A DNA stretch of 64,000 nucleotides from positions 4,384,001 to 4,448,000 of the forward strand of contig OY764159.1 of the NCBI GenBank assembly GCA_963668175.1. The letters run 5' to 3'. The notes under the pieces were generated by a model. The model saw nothing but the letters and a program-made list of their open reading frames with translations. It ran no database searches and was not told the DNA's origin. The position numbers and the translations under genes were made by a program. Of this stretch, positions 35,964 through 46,005 are shown in pieces (the first letter of the stretch is position 1; each line of letters opens with the position of its first letter). The stretch comes from Syntrophales bacterium. Lineage in GTDB: Bacteria; Desulfobacterota; Syntrophia; Syntrophales; PHBD01.

Positions 35964-36066
35964 TTCGGGTTCTCGTTTCGGGGAAATGTCGGAGCACTTG
36001 CGGAATATCGAGCGAAAACCGGCGGTCGGAACCCGCCACCGTCTTGCCTATATAACCCTTTTTGTA

Positions 36067-36741
36067 TCAGCTTTCAATAATTTTGCTCATTTGGCGGACA
36101 TATGTCCTTACCCTTTGGACGTATTGCCGATGGTTCTCCGTGAGTCCCCCTTTCACGGATTCCGGCCCGGCAAAGTAAGCGGAGAGGACATAATCCCAGA
36201 GAACGTCCTCGTCATACCCGGCCTTCCTGTAGCGCTCCCGCAGATCGCTCAAGATAGCCGCCGAAACAAGGATATTCAGGGATGGATCAAAGGCCTTCTC
36301 CCGCGATACCTTAAGGTTCAGTTTCTTAACATAAGCGTCCCAGGTGATGGGATGAATCTGCATGATACCCATGGCCTTCACCGGCGAGACGGCATCGATC
36401 GCGAAATTACTCTCTTTCTGCATCAATGCCAGAAAGAGGGTGATGGGAATGTTTGTTTTCTTAGACTGATTGATCACGGCCTGAGCAATCTCCATGGCGC
36501 TGTCCAGCTCCAGGTTCCTGTTGCGGAGTATTTTATAGATTTCCTCTTTAGCCTTGTATTCGGCATACCGTTCCTGTAACTCGGGATTGATCACTTCATT
36601 CAACTTACTCCTGACGTCGGCCAGGGTCTGATGAAACATGATGCCGACGATAAAAAGCGATGTGGCAAGAATACACAACGACGATACAATCCATTGTTTT
36701 CTTTTCGATATGTATTGTTCCCATAGTATTATTTGCGGCAT
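36067..36741 (-). CDS. Membrane-anchored lytic transglycosylase (SLT domain)
   Basis: QKESNF (catalytic Glu), AMGIMQI, SAYFAG; N-terminal TM. Confidence 0.88.
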   Translation of the reverse strand: MPQIILWEQYISKRKQWIVSSLCILATSLFIVGIMFHQTLADVRSKLNEVINPELQERYAEYKAKEEIYKILRNRNLELDSAMEIAQAVINQSKKTNIPITLFLALMQKESNFAIDAVSPVKAMGIMQIHPITWDAYVKKLNLKVSREKAFDPSLNILVSAAILSDLRERYRKAGYDEDVLWDYVLSAYFAGPESVKGGLTENHRQYVQRVRTYVRQMSKIIES

Positions 36742-37191
36742 TTGTGCACCTCCAACTTCTGTAGATTACTGACAATTGTCACGATAGCAACACTCATGTC
36801 GTCAATATCATTACAATTTTTACTATTTTTCCCCTTTTGAACGCCGGCCGGACTTTCAGGGCAAGACTCCACATTGAATAAAATGGGGGATGAATCAAGC
36901 AAGAAAAACGACGTACAAAGGGGAGAATGGCACTCTTGAAACAGAAAAGCCAATTAGTGCTTCACGACTATTTGATTTTTCATAGGGGTGGTAACTGTCC
37001 TCCAAACCATGTCATGGCAAATCCTCTAACACCTCTCCACGTAAAAAACTTAGGGGAGATGTTATCAGCCAGGGTGGCATTTATCATGGCAAAAATAAGC
37101 CTCGCCAAGAGCAATTTAGCCGAGATTCAATTCATTTGAGACTTTTTTTACCACTGTTGATGGGCAATCATCGGATAAAAATATATCCGAT

Positions 37192-37227
37192 AAAAAACCC
37201 GCCGTCAACCATAATGTGACCGGCGGG
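37192..37227 (-). terminator. Probable terminator downstream of cydB
   Basis: CCCGCCG...CGGCGGG stem with a T-tract on the minus strand. Confidence 0.55.
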
Positions 37228-37325
37228 GGAGATTCATCGGCGGGGGAAATTCACATGCGGCCCGATTTCAGCAAGTTATGAAACCGTACTGCATGCATTT
37301 TTTTTGAAAACCCGAATGGACCGTA

Positions 37326-38354
37326 TTAATAGGCTTCCTTGTTGTCCGCAATGTCGGCTACAGTCACCTTGTGCCGGAAAATTCGGTATACCCACAACTG
37401 ATAGGCGATGACAATGGGGACAAAGAGAAGCGCAACAACCGTCATGATCTTCAGCGTATAGGGACTGGAAGACGAATTGAACGCTGTCAGGCTGTATGCC
37501 GGATCGATACTCGAAGGGATGAGATTCGGGTAGAGGCCGATCACCCCCGTGATGACGGTAAAGAATATAGCCAGACCGTTCGAGACGAAACTCCCGAGAT
37601 ATCGACCGCGTGACAGGAAAAATCTCGTTGTTATGACGGCAGCAACGACGATAAGGAGAATAACCAACCAAATTGGATTTTTGATGAAATTATCGTACAG
37701 ATGGGTTGCAAAAGCCGTATAGACGAGAAAAAGGATTAAAACGAGAAGCATGACGGACCAGGATTTGGAGGCGAAACGAACGGCCCGTTCGGCGATGCCG
37801 CCTTCGGTCTTAAAAGCGAGCCACAGAGAACCGTGCAGGAGGAAAAGCAGGACGAAAAGCATACCGGTCAGCAGGGCATACATATTGAGAAGTATGAAAA
37901 GATTGCCGTGGTAGCCGGCGCCGTCCATGGGCAACCCCCTGAAGATATTTCCAAAGGCAACGCCGAATAAAAGAGCGGGTATGAAGCTTCCGAAAAAAAT
38001 CGCCGCATCCCAACCCTTTTTCCAGCCCTGCCCTTCCTCCTTGCCCCGGAACTCAAAGGCAACGCCCCGGAAAATCAAGGCAAAAAGGATGATCAGCAGA
38101 GGGGTGTAGAGATAGCTGAACATCAGGGCGTAGGTCGTCGGAAAGGCGGCGAATGTGGCCCCTCCGGCGGTAACCAGCCATACTTCATTGCCGTCCCAGA
38201 CAGGGCCGATGGCGTTGATGATGATCCGCTTCTCATCGTCGTTTTCGGCCAAATAGTGATGGAGCATCCCCACCCCCAGATCGAATCCGTCGCTCATGAA
38301 ATAGACCGCCCAGAGGATACCCCAGAGAATAAACCACAGGATTTGGTATTCCAT
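37326..38354 (-). CDS. cydB: Cytochrome bd oxidase subunit II
   Basis: DGFDLGVG, PVWDGNEVWL, RGVAFEFR. Confidence 0.96.
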   Translation of the reverse strand: MEYQILWFILWGILWAVYFMSDGFDLGVGMLHHYLAENDDEKRIIINAIGPVWDGNEVWLVTAGGATFAAFPTTYALMFSYLYTPLLIILFALIFRGVAFEFRGKEEGQGWKKGWDAAIFFGSFIPALLFGVAFGNIFRGLPMDGAGYHGNLFILLNMYALLTGMLFVLLFLLHGSLWLAFKTEGGIAERAVRFASKSWSVMLLVLILFLVYTAFATHLYDNFIKNPIWLVILLIVVAAVITTRFFLSRGRYLGSFVSNGLAIFFTVITGVIGLYPNLIPSSIDPAYSLTAFNSSSSPYTLKIMTVVALLFVPIVIAYQLWVYRIFRHKVTVADIADNKEAY

Positions 38355-38369
38355 TCGTCTTCTCCTTCG

Positions 38370-39710
38370 CTAATAAGAGGCCGGACGGGAAGGTCCAGCT
38401 TCATCATCCGGACCCTTCCTTGCATATTTGGCCAGCAGGTAGATATCGATGATACCCAGCAATCCGTAAAAAAGGACAAAACCTATGAGAGACGTTGCAA
38501 CCTGGCCTACGCTGACGCTCTTGGAAACCGCATCGGAAGTCTTAAGAACCCCGTAGACGATCCAGGGTTGGCGGCCGACCTCGGCGACGACCCACCCGAG
38601 CTGAGCGGCAATATAAGGTAGCGGTATGGCAAGCATCATGGCCCTAAGAAAGAGGGGATACGATTCCAGCCGGTCTTTTCTCGACAGCCAAAACGCGGTC
38701 AATGACAGCAGGATGAAAAGGCTGCCAAGACCCACCATGGTTCTGAAACTGATAAATGTTTCCATGACCGGCGGTCTTTCCTCTTTCGGGAAATCCTTCA
38801 GCCCCTTAACCTCGGCCTTCCAGTCGCGATAGGCTAAAAAGCTTACCAAGCCGGGAATTCCTATCGCTTCGACGGCGTTGCGTTCGCCCTTGACGTCGGG
38901 GATAAGTAACAGGTTCAGGTCGACCCCTTTCTGGGTTTCCCAAAGGGATTCCATGGCGGCAAGTTTGGCCGGCTGCACCTTGGCCACCTCTCCTCCGTGA
39001 AAATCGCCGACGATAAAAACCAGCAGGGAACTCGCCAGGCCGAAAACGGCGGCCATGCGAAAAGAGGCCTTAAAGAGTGGGACATACTGCTTTTTCAGAA
39101 GATGGTAGGCTGAAATGCCCATGACAAAGAAGGACCCTACGACGGCACCGGCGAGAATCGTATGAAAGAACTTAAGCCAACTGTAGCTGCTCAAAAAGAA
39201 TGCCGCAAAATCGACCAGTTCCGCCCGTCCATTGCGGAGCACGTAACCGACGGGATGCTGCATCCAACCATTGGCCATCAGTATCCAGAGGGCCGACAGG
39301 TTGACGGCGATGGCGACGATCCAGATGGATGCGGCATGGACCTTCTTCGATACGCGGTTCCAGCCGAAAACCCACAGACCAATGAACGTCGATTCAAGGA
39401 AAAAAGCGAGCAAGGCCTCTATAGCAAGGGGCACGCCGAAGATGTCGCCGACATATTGCGAATAGGCAGCCCAGTTCATCCCGAACTGAAATTCCATAGT
39501 GATTCCCGTTACAACACCCAGCGCGAAGTTGATGAGAAAAAGCTTACCCCAGAATTTGGTCATCCTGAGGTACTTCTCGTCGCCCGTGGTGACATAGCGC
39601 GTCTCCATGGCGGCCACCAGGGGGGCGAGTCCCAGGGTCAATGGCACGAAAATAAAATGGAACATTGCCGTCATGGCAAACTGCAGACGACTCAAGGCCA
39701 AAACATCCAT
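38370..39710 (-). CDS. cydA: Cytochrome bd oxidase subunit I (short Q-loop)
   Basis: FHFIFVPL, EFQFG, QPAKLAAME, FRTMVG, EVGRQPW. Confidence 0.97.
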   Translation of the reverse strand: MDVLALSRLQFAMTAMFHFIFVPLTLGLAPLVAAMETRYVTTGDEKYLRMTKFWGKLFLINFALGVVTGITMEFQFGMNWAAYSQYVGDIFGVPLAIEALLAFFLESTFIGLWVFGWNRVSKKVHAASIWIVAIAVNLSALWILMANGWMQHPVGYVLRNGRAELVDFAAFFLSSYSWLKFFHTILAGAVVGSFFVMGISAYHLLKKQYVPLFKASFRMAAVFGLASSLLVFIVGDFHGGEVAKVQPAKLAAMESLWETQKGVDLNLLLIPDVKGERNAVEAIGIPGLVSFLAYRDWKAEVKGLKDFPKEERPPVMETFISFRTMVGLGSLFILLSLTAFWLSRKDRLESYPLFLRAMMLAIPLPYIAAQLGWVVAEVGRQPWIVYGVLKTSDAVSKSVSVGQVATSLIGFVLFYGLLGIIDIYLLAKYARKGPDDEAGPSRPASY

Positions 39711-39862
39711 AGTCACCTCCTTGCATAGAATCACATCCCATGCGGTATTATTTTAAAACAGTTCTCCGAATATTACAAATCATTATACCTTTTTTTAACG
39801 CCATTATGATATAGACTTTCGTCATGAACCGAATTTTCATTTCGAGCTCAAGGATCGACATT

Positions 39863-40303
39863 ATGAGAAAAATGACCCCGCCGTTTAGAATCGTATTCCT
39901 GTTTGTTTTTATGACGGTTTTTCTTCTGCCGGCCTGTATGAAGGAAGGCGTGGTCATCACCAAGCCCGACGAGTACTCAAGGGCCTTTGAGGGCAACGAA
40001 AAGGTCGTCCTCAAGGCACTCGTTCAAGTATTTAAGGATAAAGGGTTTGGGGCTTCCTCAGTCAACCGCGAAAAGAAAGAGATCGAATCCACCTATCTCA
40101 TCCAGAACGGATGGAGATCCAAGACCATAGCCCGGGTGAAGCAGCTCAATTGGAAAGAAACGGACGTCACGCTGTCGGTTATCACCGAAAAGCAGGCGGG
40201 GGCCGGCTGGGAAATGAGGAGGCTCCTGCAAAAAGAGCAGTACGACAGCATTTTCGACGCCATAGAACTGCAAATCTACCAGGAAATGTACAAGACGGAA
40301 TAA
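39863..40303 (+). CDS. Hypothetical lipoprotein
   Basis: Signal peptide ending in the lipobox LPAC; divergent from cydA. Confidence 0.7.
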   Translation: MRKMTPPFRIVFLFVFMTVFLLPACMKEGVVITKPDEYSRAFEGNEKVVLKALVQVFKDKGFGASSVNREKKEIESTYLIQNGWRSKTIARVKQLNWKETDVTLSVITEKQAGAGWEMRRLLQKEQYDSIFDAIELQIYQEMYKTE

Positions 40304-40339
40304 CCGGGATGTTGATAAGCGATCTCATTATGGACACCT

Positions 40340-41620
40340 TCAGTTGAGCAAGACTTTGGGCAGAAAAGTGCTCAACGGCGGCACGAAGGTAACGATCAAC
40401 AGAACAGCGACGGCAATCAGAAAGGGTATCCAGATGCCGCGGCTCAGCCTTTCCAGGGACAATCCCGAAGTACCACAAATCGAGAAGAGAACCCCCCCGA
40501 CCGGCGGTGTTATCAACCCCAGCACCAGGTTGAAGCAGACGACGATGCCGAAATGAACCGGATCGATACCCATCTTTTCCGCCAGCGGCGCCAGGACCGG
40601 TGTAACGATGGTGAGGGCGGGTGCGGTCTCCATCGGGATTCCGATGATAAGCAGGATAACGTTCACAAGGATCAGAAAGACATAGGGAGACGTTGACCAC
40701 TCGATAAGAACGGTCATGATCTTGGCGGGGACCTGCTCCACGGCCACGACCCAGGTGAAAGGCTCGGACAGGCCCAAAAGAAGCATGACGACCGCCGATT
40801 CAAGACCGGATGTAAGAAAAATGGAGTAGAGCCGCGATAGTTTAAGGCGCCCGTAAACGAACCCCACGAGCAAAGCATACGCTACGGCAATCCCGGCAGC
40901 TTCCGTGGGAGTAAAGACCCCGCCCCAGATACCGCCGATGATAATAACGGGCATGAACAGAGACGGTGATGCCCTTAAAGTCCCTGCCAGCAATTCACGC
41001 CCCGTCGCCCTCGGCTCGCTGGGATATCCCCTTCGGCGGGCGATTACCAACATGTAGATCATCAGACCGGCGCCGAGCATAAGACCGGGTATGATTCCCG
41101 CCATGAAAAGGGCGCCGATCGAAACCTGGGCGATAACGCCATAGATGATGAACGGTATGCTCGGGGGAATGATCGGCCCCATACAGGCTGAAGTAGCCGT
41201 CAGGGCCGCCGATACTTCATCGTCGTAGCCGGCCTTTCTCATTGCCGGCAGCATGACCGTTCCGATGGCCGCCGCGGTAGCTACGGCCGATCCGGAAACC
41301 GCGGCAAAGACGGCACTGGCCAGGATTGTGGCCAGTCCCAGGCCGCCACTGATATGCCCCATGAGCAGGCGGGTAAAACGGACCAGATCATCCGTTATCC
41401 CGCCCTCGTTCATGAGATTGCCGGCGAGCATAAACAGCGGTATTGCCAGCAGGGGAAAGGAACCGATGCCGGCAAAAGTCGTCTGAACGAGTAATGTCGG
41501 CGAAAGGTCCCCATGAAAGAGGAGATAGACCAGGGCTGATCCGCCCATGGCTACGGCGATCGGGATACCGACGGCCATCAGGATAATGAAAGCAATCAGG
41601 AAGACAATCTGCAATATCAA
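40340..41620 (-). CDS. dctM: TRAP transporter large permease
   Basis: LLAIPLF, SGSAVA, IIPPSIP, TPTEAA, TPPVG. Confidence 0.95.
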   Translation of the reverse strand: MILQIVFLIAFIILMAVGIPIAVAMGGSALVYLLFHGDLSPTLLVQTTFAGIGSFPLLAIPLFMLAGNLMNEGGITDDLVRFTRLLMGHISGGLGLATILASAVFAAVSGSAVATAAAIGTVMLPAMRKAGYDDEVSAALTATSACMGPIIPPSIPFIIYGVIAQVSIGALFMAGIIPGLMLGAGLMIYMLVIARRRGYPSEPRATGRELLAGTLRASPSLFMPVIIIGGIWGGVFTPTEAAGIAVAYALLVGFVYGRLKLSRLYSIFLTSGLESAVVMLLLGLSEPFTWVVAVEQVPAKIMTVLIEWSTSPYVFLILVNVILLIIGIPMETAPALTIVTPVLAPLAEKMGIDPVHFGIVVCFNLVLGLITPPVGGVLFSICGTSGLSLERLSRGIWIPFLIAVAVLLIVTFVPPLSTFLPKVLLN

Positions 41621-42108
41621 GCCTTTCTTCGCGCAGCCTGCAGGAAGTTCCCGCACCGTTCCAGGGTGATCGAAAGCATGATCAGGAACCCGACGGGAAT
41701 AGCCAGATAGGGAAAGGCCATGGGTATTCCCATGGCCGGGGAGAATTGATTCAGATTGGCTATGGTCTGCAGCAGACCAAAATAGATCATGACTCCGCAG
41801 AAAGTCATCATCATGAGATACATCAATCCGGTGACGAAGGAGGACAAGCCCGGCGGGAGCTTCTCCGTCATAACGGACAGACTGACTTGATAGCCTTTTT
41901 GCAGACCGACGGCGCTTCCGGCCATCGTCGCCCATACGAGGGCATAAATGGCCGCTTCGGAAGACCAGCTGGGCATCGCGCCGAGGACGTAACGGCCTAC
42001 GACCTCATAGGGAATAATAACCGCCATGACGGCCATGGCAGCCACGGTCAATCCGGAAGCGATTTTCAGCAGCACCTTATTCAGCGCAGCCAGAGACGAC
42101 ATGATCAT
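41617..42108 (-). CDS. dctQ: TRAP transporter small permease
   Basis: 4 TMs, VVGRYV..WSSE; lies between dctP and dctM. Confidence 0.9.
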   Translation of the reverse strand: MIMSSLAALNKVLLKIASGLTVAAMAVMAVIIPYEVVGRYVLGAMPSWSSEAAIYALVWATMAGSAVGLQKGYQVSLSVMTEKLPPGLSSFVTGLMYLMMMTFCGVMIYFGLLQTIANLNQFSPAMGIPMAFPYLAIPVGFLIMLSITLERCGNFLQAARRKA

Positions 42109-43106
42109 TTCACGTTCAGGATGGCATCGACTTTTTCTTTACCGAATTGCTGAAAAAATTCTCCCATGGCCGGAAGCATGGCCTTCCGCCAGGTCTCTTT
42201 ATCGATGCCCTTCGTTACGGTCATGCCCTTTGACGCCAACTCGGAAATCTGCTTTTCCTCTGCATCCCTGCCGAGTTTTCGTTGATATTGAGCGACTTCC
42301 TGAGCGGTTTTCAGGATCATGTCCTGATCTTCCTTGGGAATGGCCTGCCATTTCTTCTGGCTGGCGATCACGACCGCCGGCGAATAGACGTGCTGCGTCA
42401 AGGACAGGTGCTTTTGAACTTCATTCAACTTTACCGAGTAGATGACGGCGATCGGATTTTCCTGGCCGTCGATCGTCTTTTGCTGCAGGGCTCCGTAGAC
42501 CTCGCCCCAGGCCATCGGCACAGGATTGACGCTTATCGCTTTCCACGCCGCTATATGAATCTTGTTTTCCATAGTCCTGATTTTCAGCCCCTTGGCGTCG
42601 GCGGGCAGTTTCACGGCCTGCCTGGAGTTGGTCAGATTGCGAAAACCGTTTTCCCAGAAGGCCAACCCTTTGAATTGGGCCTTGTCAAGGTCGCTCAGGA
42701 GTTGAAGACCGATGGGACCGTCAAGAACGGTGTCCACATGATGATAATCCCGAAAGAGAAACGGGATATCGAGAATGCCGACCGCCGGGCTGAAGCCGCT
42801 GAGAGGGCCGGTGGAACCGACATATAAATCGATCGTCCCCTGTTGGACGGCTTCCAGGAGTTCCCGCTCGCCTTTTCCAAGCTGCCCTTCCGGATATATG
42901 GTGATTTGAATACGTCCGCCGCTCCGTTCCTTCACCAGATCGGCAAACTTGCTCGCCCCCTGATTGTACGTATGGCTCATCGGGGTCGAACTGGCCAGTT
43001 TCATCTGTGCCTTGAATTCCCCCTTAGGCGCCTTCTCGGTGCCGCACCCGGCGACGGCCATCGCCATGAAGAAAACGACGATACAGCAACTGATTCTCTT
43101 CATCAT
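42105..43106 (-). CDS. dctP: TRAP substrate-binding protein (lipoprotein)
   Basis: WENGFR, GLKIRT, DGQENP; lipobox VAGC. Confidence 0.94.
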   Translation of the reverse strand: MMKRISCCIVVFFMAMAVAGCGTEKAPKGEFKAQMKLASSTPMSHTYNQGASKFADLVKERSGGRIQITIYPEGQLGKGERELLEAVQQGTIDLYVGSTGPLSGFSPAVGILDIPFLFRDYHHVDTVLDGPIGLQLLSDLDKAQFKGLAFWENGFRNLTNSRQAVKLPADAKGLKIRTMENKIHIAAWKAISVNPVPMAWGEVYGALQQKTIDGQENPIAVIYSVKLNEVQKHLSLTQHVYSPAVVIASQKKWQAIPKEDQDMILKTAQEVAQYQRKLGRDAEEKQISELASKGMTVTKGIDKETWRKAMLPAMGEFFQQFGKEKVDAILNVK

Positions 43107-43262
43107 AAATCCCCCCTCCTTCAAATTAAAGATGAAGCAGCATGGCAGGGCGCAAAGCCGCCCTGCCGCCGTTTTCCAACCCTTTAACCTTTATAGCGGA
43201 TAAATGCAAGCGAAGCCCGTCGGTCAGACAGGCATGTCGTTCTAACGCAACCTCAAGCTGCT

Positions 43263-45458
43263 CTACTTGGCCTTTGCCGCAGACAGGATCTTCTGCGGAG
43301 CAGCAACCCCCAGGCCCTTTCTGATCTTCTCCAGCATCGCCTTTTCTTTATCGCTGTATGCCCCGTCGACCAGTGCTATGCGTCTGGCTACTTCCAGGGC
43401 TTCCAGGCGATCTTCCGGATTCGGGATCATGGCGGCCAGGGCGGCCAGAGCCCTTTCCTCATCACACTGGAGGATTCTGGCCTGTGTTTTGACGATCCGC
43501 TTGAAAGTCGCGGGCCTGATCTTCTTCAACACCTTGTGCGTCTGGGCGATCCCTTCCGCAATCACATAATGCCTACGGCCGATGACGGGACTGGTCCTAG
43601 CCATGGCCATCATGACCCGGATCAGGCCTTCAGCCGTTCCCCCCTCCTCGAAGGCGAGGACACACGTCTTTTCCGCGGATGCTTCCGAAACGGCGGCCTG
43701 CTCCTTGTCCTCGGTCGGCATGAAGAAGTGATGGAGAAAGTCCTGACTGTAAATCCAGCGGAAGGCCTGTTCCTGAAAGCGATCCCGCGTGTCCCGATAG
43801 AGGTTCAGCATCTCTTCGATTGCAGAGGACATATTCTTTTCCAGCAAAACGAATGGATTGTCGGGCGAGACCGGGCGGCGGTTTTTCCTCGCTACAGAAG
43901 CTACGGAGGCCAGAGGGCGAAGCAGAGGATTCATATCGGAGATCATGTACCGCTGAGAACGCAACGGATGCATCCAGCGGATCATCTCCGCCGTCAATTC
44001 GGAAGACCACATCTGTACCCACGGGCGGAGAAATACACGATAGAGGTCGTCGTTGACGTTGGAGACGGCATTGACGACCTGAAAATCCTCTTCGTCTGCC
44101 GTGCCGTCGTCCATGGCGGCGATATGCTCCAGGGTCCGCTCCTCAAAAGCGGCCTTGAAATCCCCTGTCTTGACGTCGCCTTCGATAACCATCTCGTAGA
44201 GTCCCGGGGGGAGGTATTCGATCATGTCGAAGTTGCTGATGATCTCCTTGTGTTCCTTCTTGGCGACGCTGGCGGACACGAAGATCCCCAGATGTCCGAT
44301 CTCCTCATGCACGACGTAAATGATGACCTGTCCCCTCTCTTTGATCTCATCCACGGAACGATAAACCCGGGGAATCCAGTTAAGGGCCTGCTGAACCGGT
44401 GTAATATTGTCGCCCCGCGAGGCGAATACCAGAATCGGACTTTCGATATTCTTCAGACTGATCTTCTCTCCGCGCCGCAATTCCAGGTCGCCCTTTTCCA
44501 GCTTATTCCCGACGAAGAGATTGCTGACGATAAAGTGAATCTCCTCCGCCGTCATCATGAAGAATCCGCCCCACCACTTCTCAAAGGCGAGAAAGCGGTG
44601 TTCTTCGGTATCGAGCTGTGAATAGACGTGGTAGTTCTTGCTCCAGAGGGTATTGGCCGGATTAAGCGATTCAAAGTTGGATACCAGATGGGCCCCGTCG
44701 AATTTCCCGTTGCCCAGGTCGCTGAGGAGGCTGTTCATCCAAATTCCTCCCACCAGACCGCCCTTGTACCGCATGGGGTTGACGCCTTCCACGCCAGCCC
44801 AATAGGAAAGAGGGGCTCCGTTCAGAACCAGCGGACCGGTTATATCCGGCCGATCGGCACAGAGAAGGGCCGCCGCCCATCCCGCCTGACAATTGCCGAT
44901 GATGGCCGGGTTATCCGCATAAGGATGTCGATTGACGACTTCCTCGACGAAGCGCACTTCGGCGGCTTCCACATCGGCAAGCGTCTGACCGGGTATGGGA
45001 TCCGTATAAAACAGGATGAAATAGACGGGGTGGTTATGGTCGAGGGCCATGCCTATTTCCGAATCCCTTTTGGAGCCGCCTATTCCCGGCCCATGGCCGG
45101 CCCGGGGATCGATGATGATGATGGGCCTTTTGGGGAGTTCGGGCATATGCTTCAGGTCTCTCCTCCGCCGCTCCTCTTCTTCCTTCAGTTTACTTGCCTC
45201 TTTCCGGCGATCGGAGATACGGACCAGGGCATAATTAACGGGCCGCTTGAAGGTCCGTCCGTCCAGAATCATCTCGTAATTGAACGTCAGCACCGGCGGC
45301 TGCCCGCTTTTTATATGCTCGATGTAGGTGTTGCCCCGCTTACGCATAATATCCATAAAAATAATGGACCGCTGAAGCGCATCCACACTGTAATCGAAAT
45401 AAGCTTTCATGCTGTCTCCGAGTGCCTCGGCTTCCTTACCGACGTTCAATGGCTCCAT
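43263..45458 (-). CDS. DUF3141 family alpha/beta-hydrolase (PHA synthase/depolymerase-like) with C-terminal TerB-like domain
   Basis: DPRAGHGPGIGG, GNCQAG Cys box, SRGDNITP, GHLGIF; C-terminal ALVDG..SDKEKAML. Confidence 0.8.
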   Translation of the reverse strand: MEPLNVGKEAEALGDSMKAYFDYSVDALQRSIIFMDIMRKRGNTYIEHIKSGQPPVLTFNYEMILDGRTFKRPVNYALVRISDRRKEASKLKEEEERRRRDLKHMPELPKRPIIIIDPRAGHGPGIGGSKRDSEIGMALDHNHPVYFILFYTDPIPGQTLADVEAAEVRFVEEVVNRHPYADNPAIIGNCQAGWAAALLCADRPDITGPLVLNGAPLSYWAGVEGVNPMRYKGGLVGGIWMNSLLSDLGNGKFDGAHLVSNFESLNPANTLWSKNYHVYSQLDTEEHRFLAFEKWWGGFFMMTAEEIHFIVSNLFVGNKLEKGDLELRRGEKISLKNIESPILVFASRGDNITPVQQALNWIPRVYRSVDEIKERGQVIIYVVHEEIGHLGIFVSASVAKKEHKEIISNFDMIEYLPPGLYEMVIEGDVKTGDFKAAFEERTLEHIAAMDDGTADEEDFQVVNAVSNVNDDLYRVFLRPWVQMWSSELTAEMIRWMHPLRSQRYMISDMNPLLRPLASVASVARKNRRPVSPDNPFVLLEKNMSSAIEEMLNLYRDTRDRFQEQAFRWIYSQDFLHHFFMPTEDKEQAAVSEASAEKTCVLAFEEGGTAEGLIRVMMAMARTSPVIGRRHYVIAEGIAQTHKVLKKIRPATFKRIVKTQARILQCDEERALAALAAMIPNPEDRLEALEVARRIALVDGAYSDKEKAMLEKIRKGLGVAAPQKILSAAKAK

Positions 45459-45543
45459 AAATACTCCTTTGGTCTTCAGTGGTTATTGCTCATCATGACC
45501 GGGAATCCCTACATCCGATGGGTCGATGAGCTATGAATTAAGA

Positions 45544-45559
45544 TGCAAGATATATGCCC
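45544..45559 (-). promoter_or_regulatory. Putative sigma54 promoter of the DUF3141 gene
   Basis: Minus strand GGGCATATATCTTGCA (GG-N10-GC), about 85 nt upstream of the start. Confidence 0.55.
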
Positions 45560-45874
45560 TTCATATCCTTAATATCGCGACCATATCCGGCGCCGTTACA
45601 GCTGACGGCGACACCGCCTCAGGACGCGAAACCGGCAGGCTCTTCTTACGCATACCCTGTAGATCTATTTTTTGGCTATCATCTATATATCAGACTTGAG
45701 GCTTTATGACAAACGGGATGGGTGATTGTTTTACCTCCGAGGCAGAACAGACGGGCATGCAGAAATACATTCGATGACCGTCACGTGCAGCGGATGGTCC
45801 GGCGGCAAACCGCCGGGGCGATATCTCTTGACATTAGCTATAAATATTAATGCGTTGAGCAAGCCCTGATCCAA

Positions 45875-45905
45875 TGTCAACCATCAAGAGATTATATGGT
45901 TGACA
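45875..45905. promoter_or_regulatory. BirA-type biotin operator overlapping the bio promoter
   Basis: Perfect 10-bp inverted repeat TGTCAACCAT-N11-ATGGTTGACA. The right arm contains TTGACA, with TATAGC 18 nt downstream. About 100 nt upstream of bioA. Confidence 0.88.
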
Positions 45906-46005
45906 AAAGTCCTCTCCAGTTGGTATAGCGCCATCTCTCGGTGGTGTCTGCTTGACGATCAGGACACCGTCGAGGCTGAAATACCCTTTGTCCGGGAGCG
46001 ATGGA

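Noticed and set aside
36742..37140. c-di-AMP or c-di-GMP riboswitch upstream of the lytic transglycosylase; ORFs 36729-36953 and 36927-37139
   Set aside because: I could not find the consensus motifs on the coding strand. The ORFs lack family features and look spurious.
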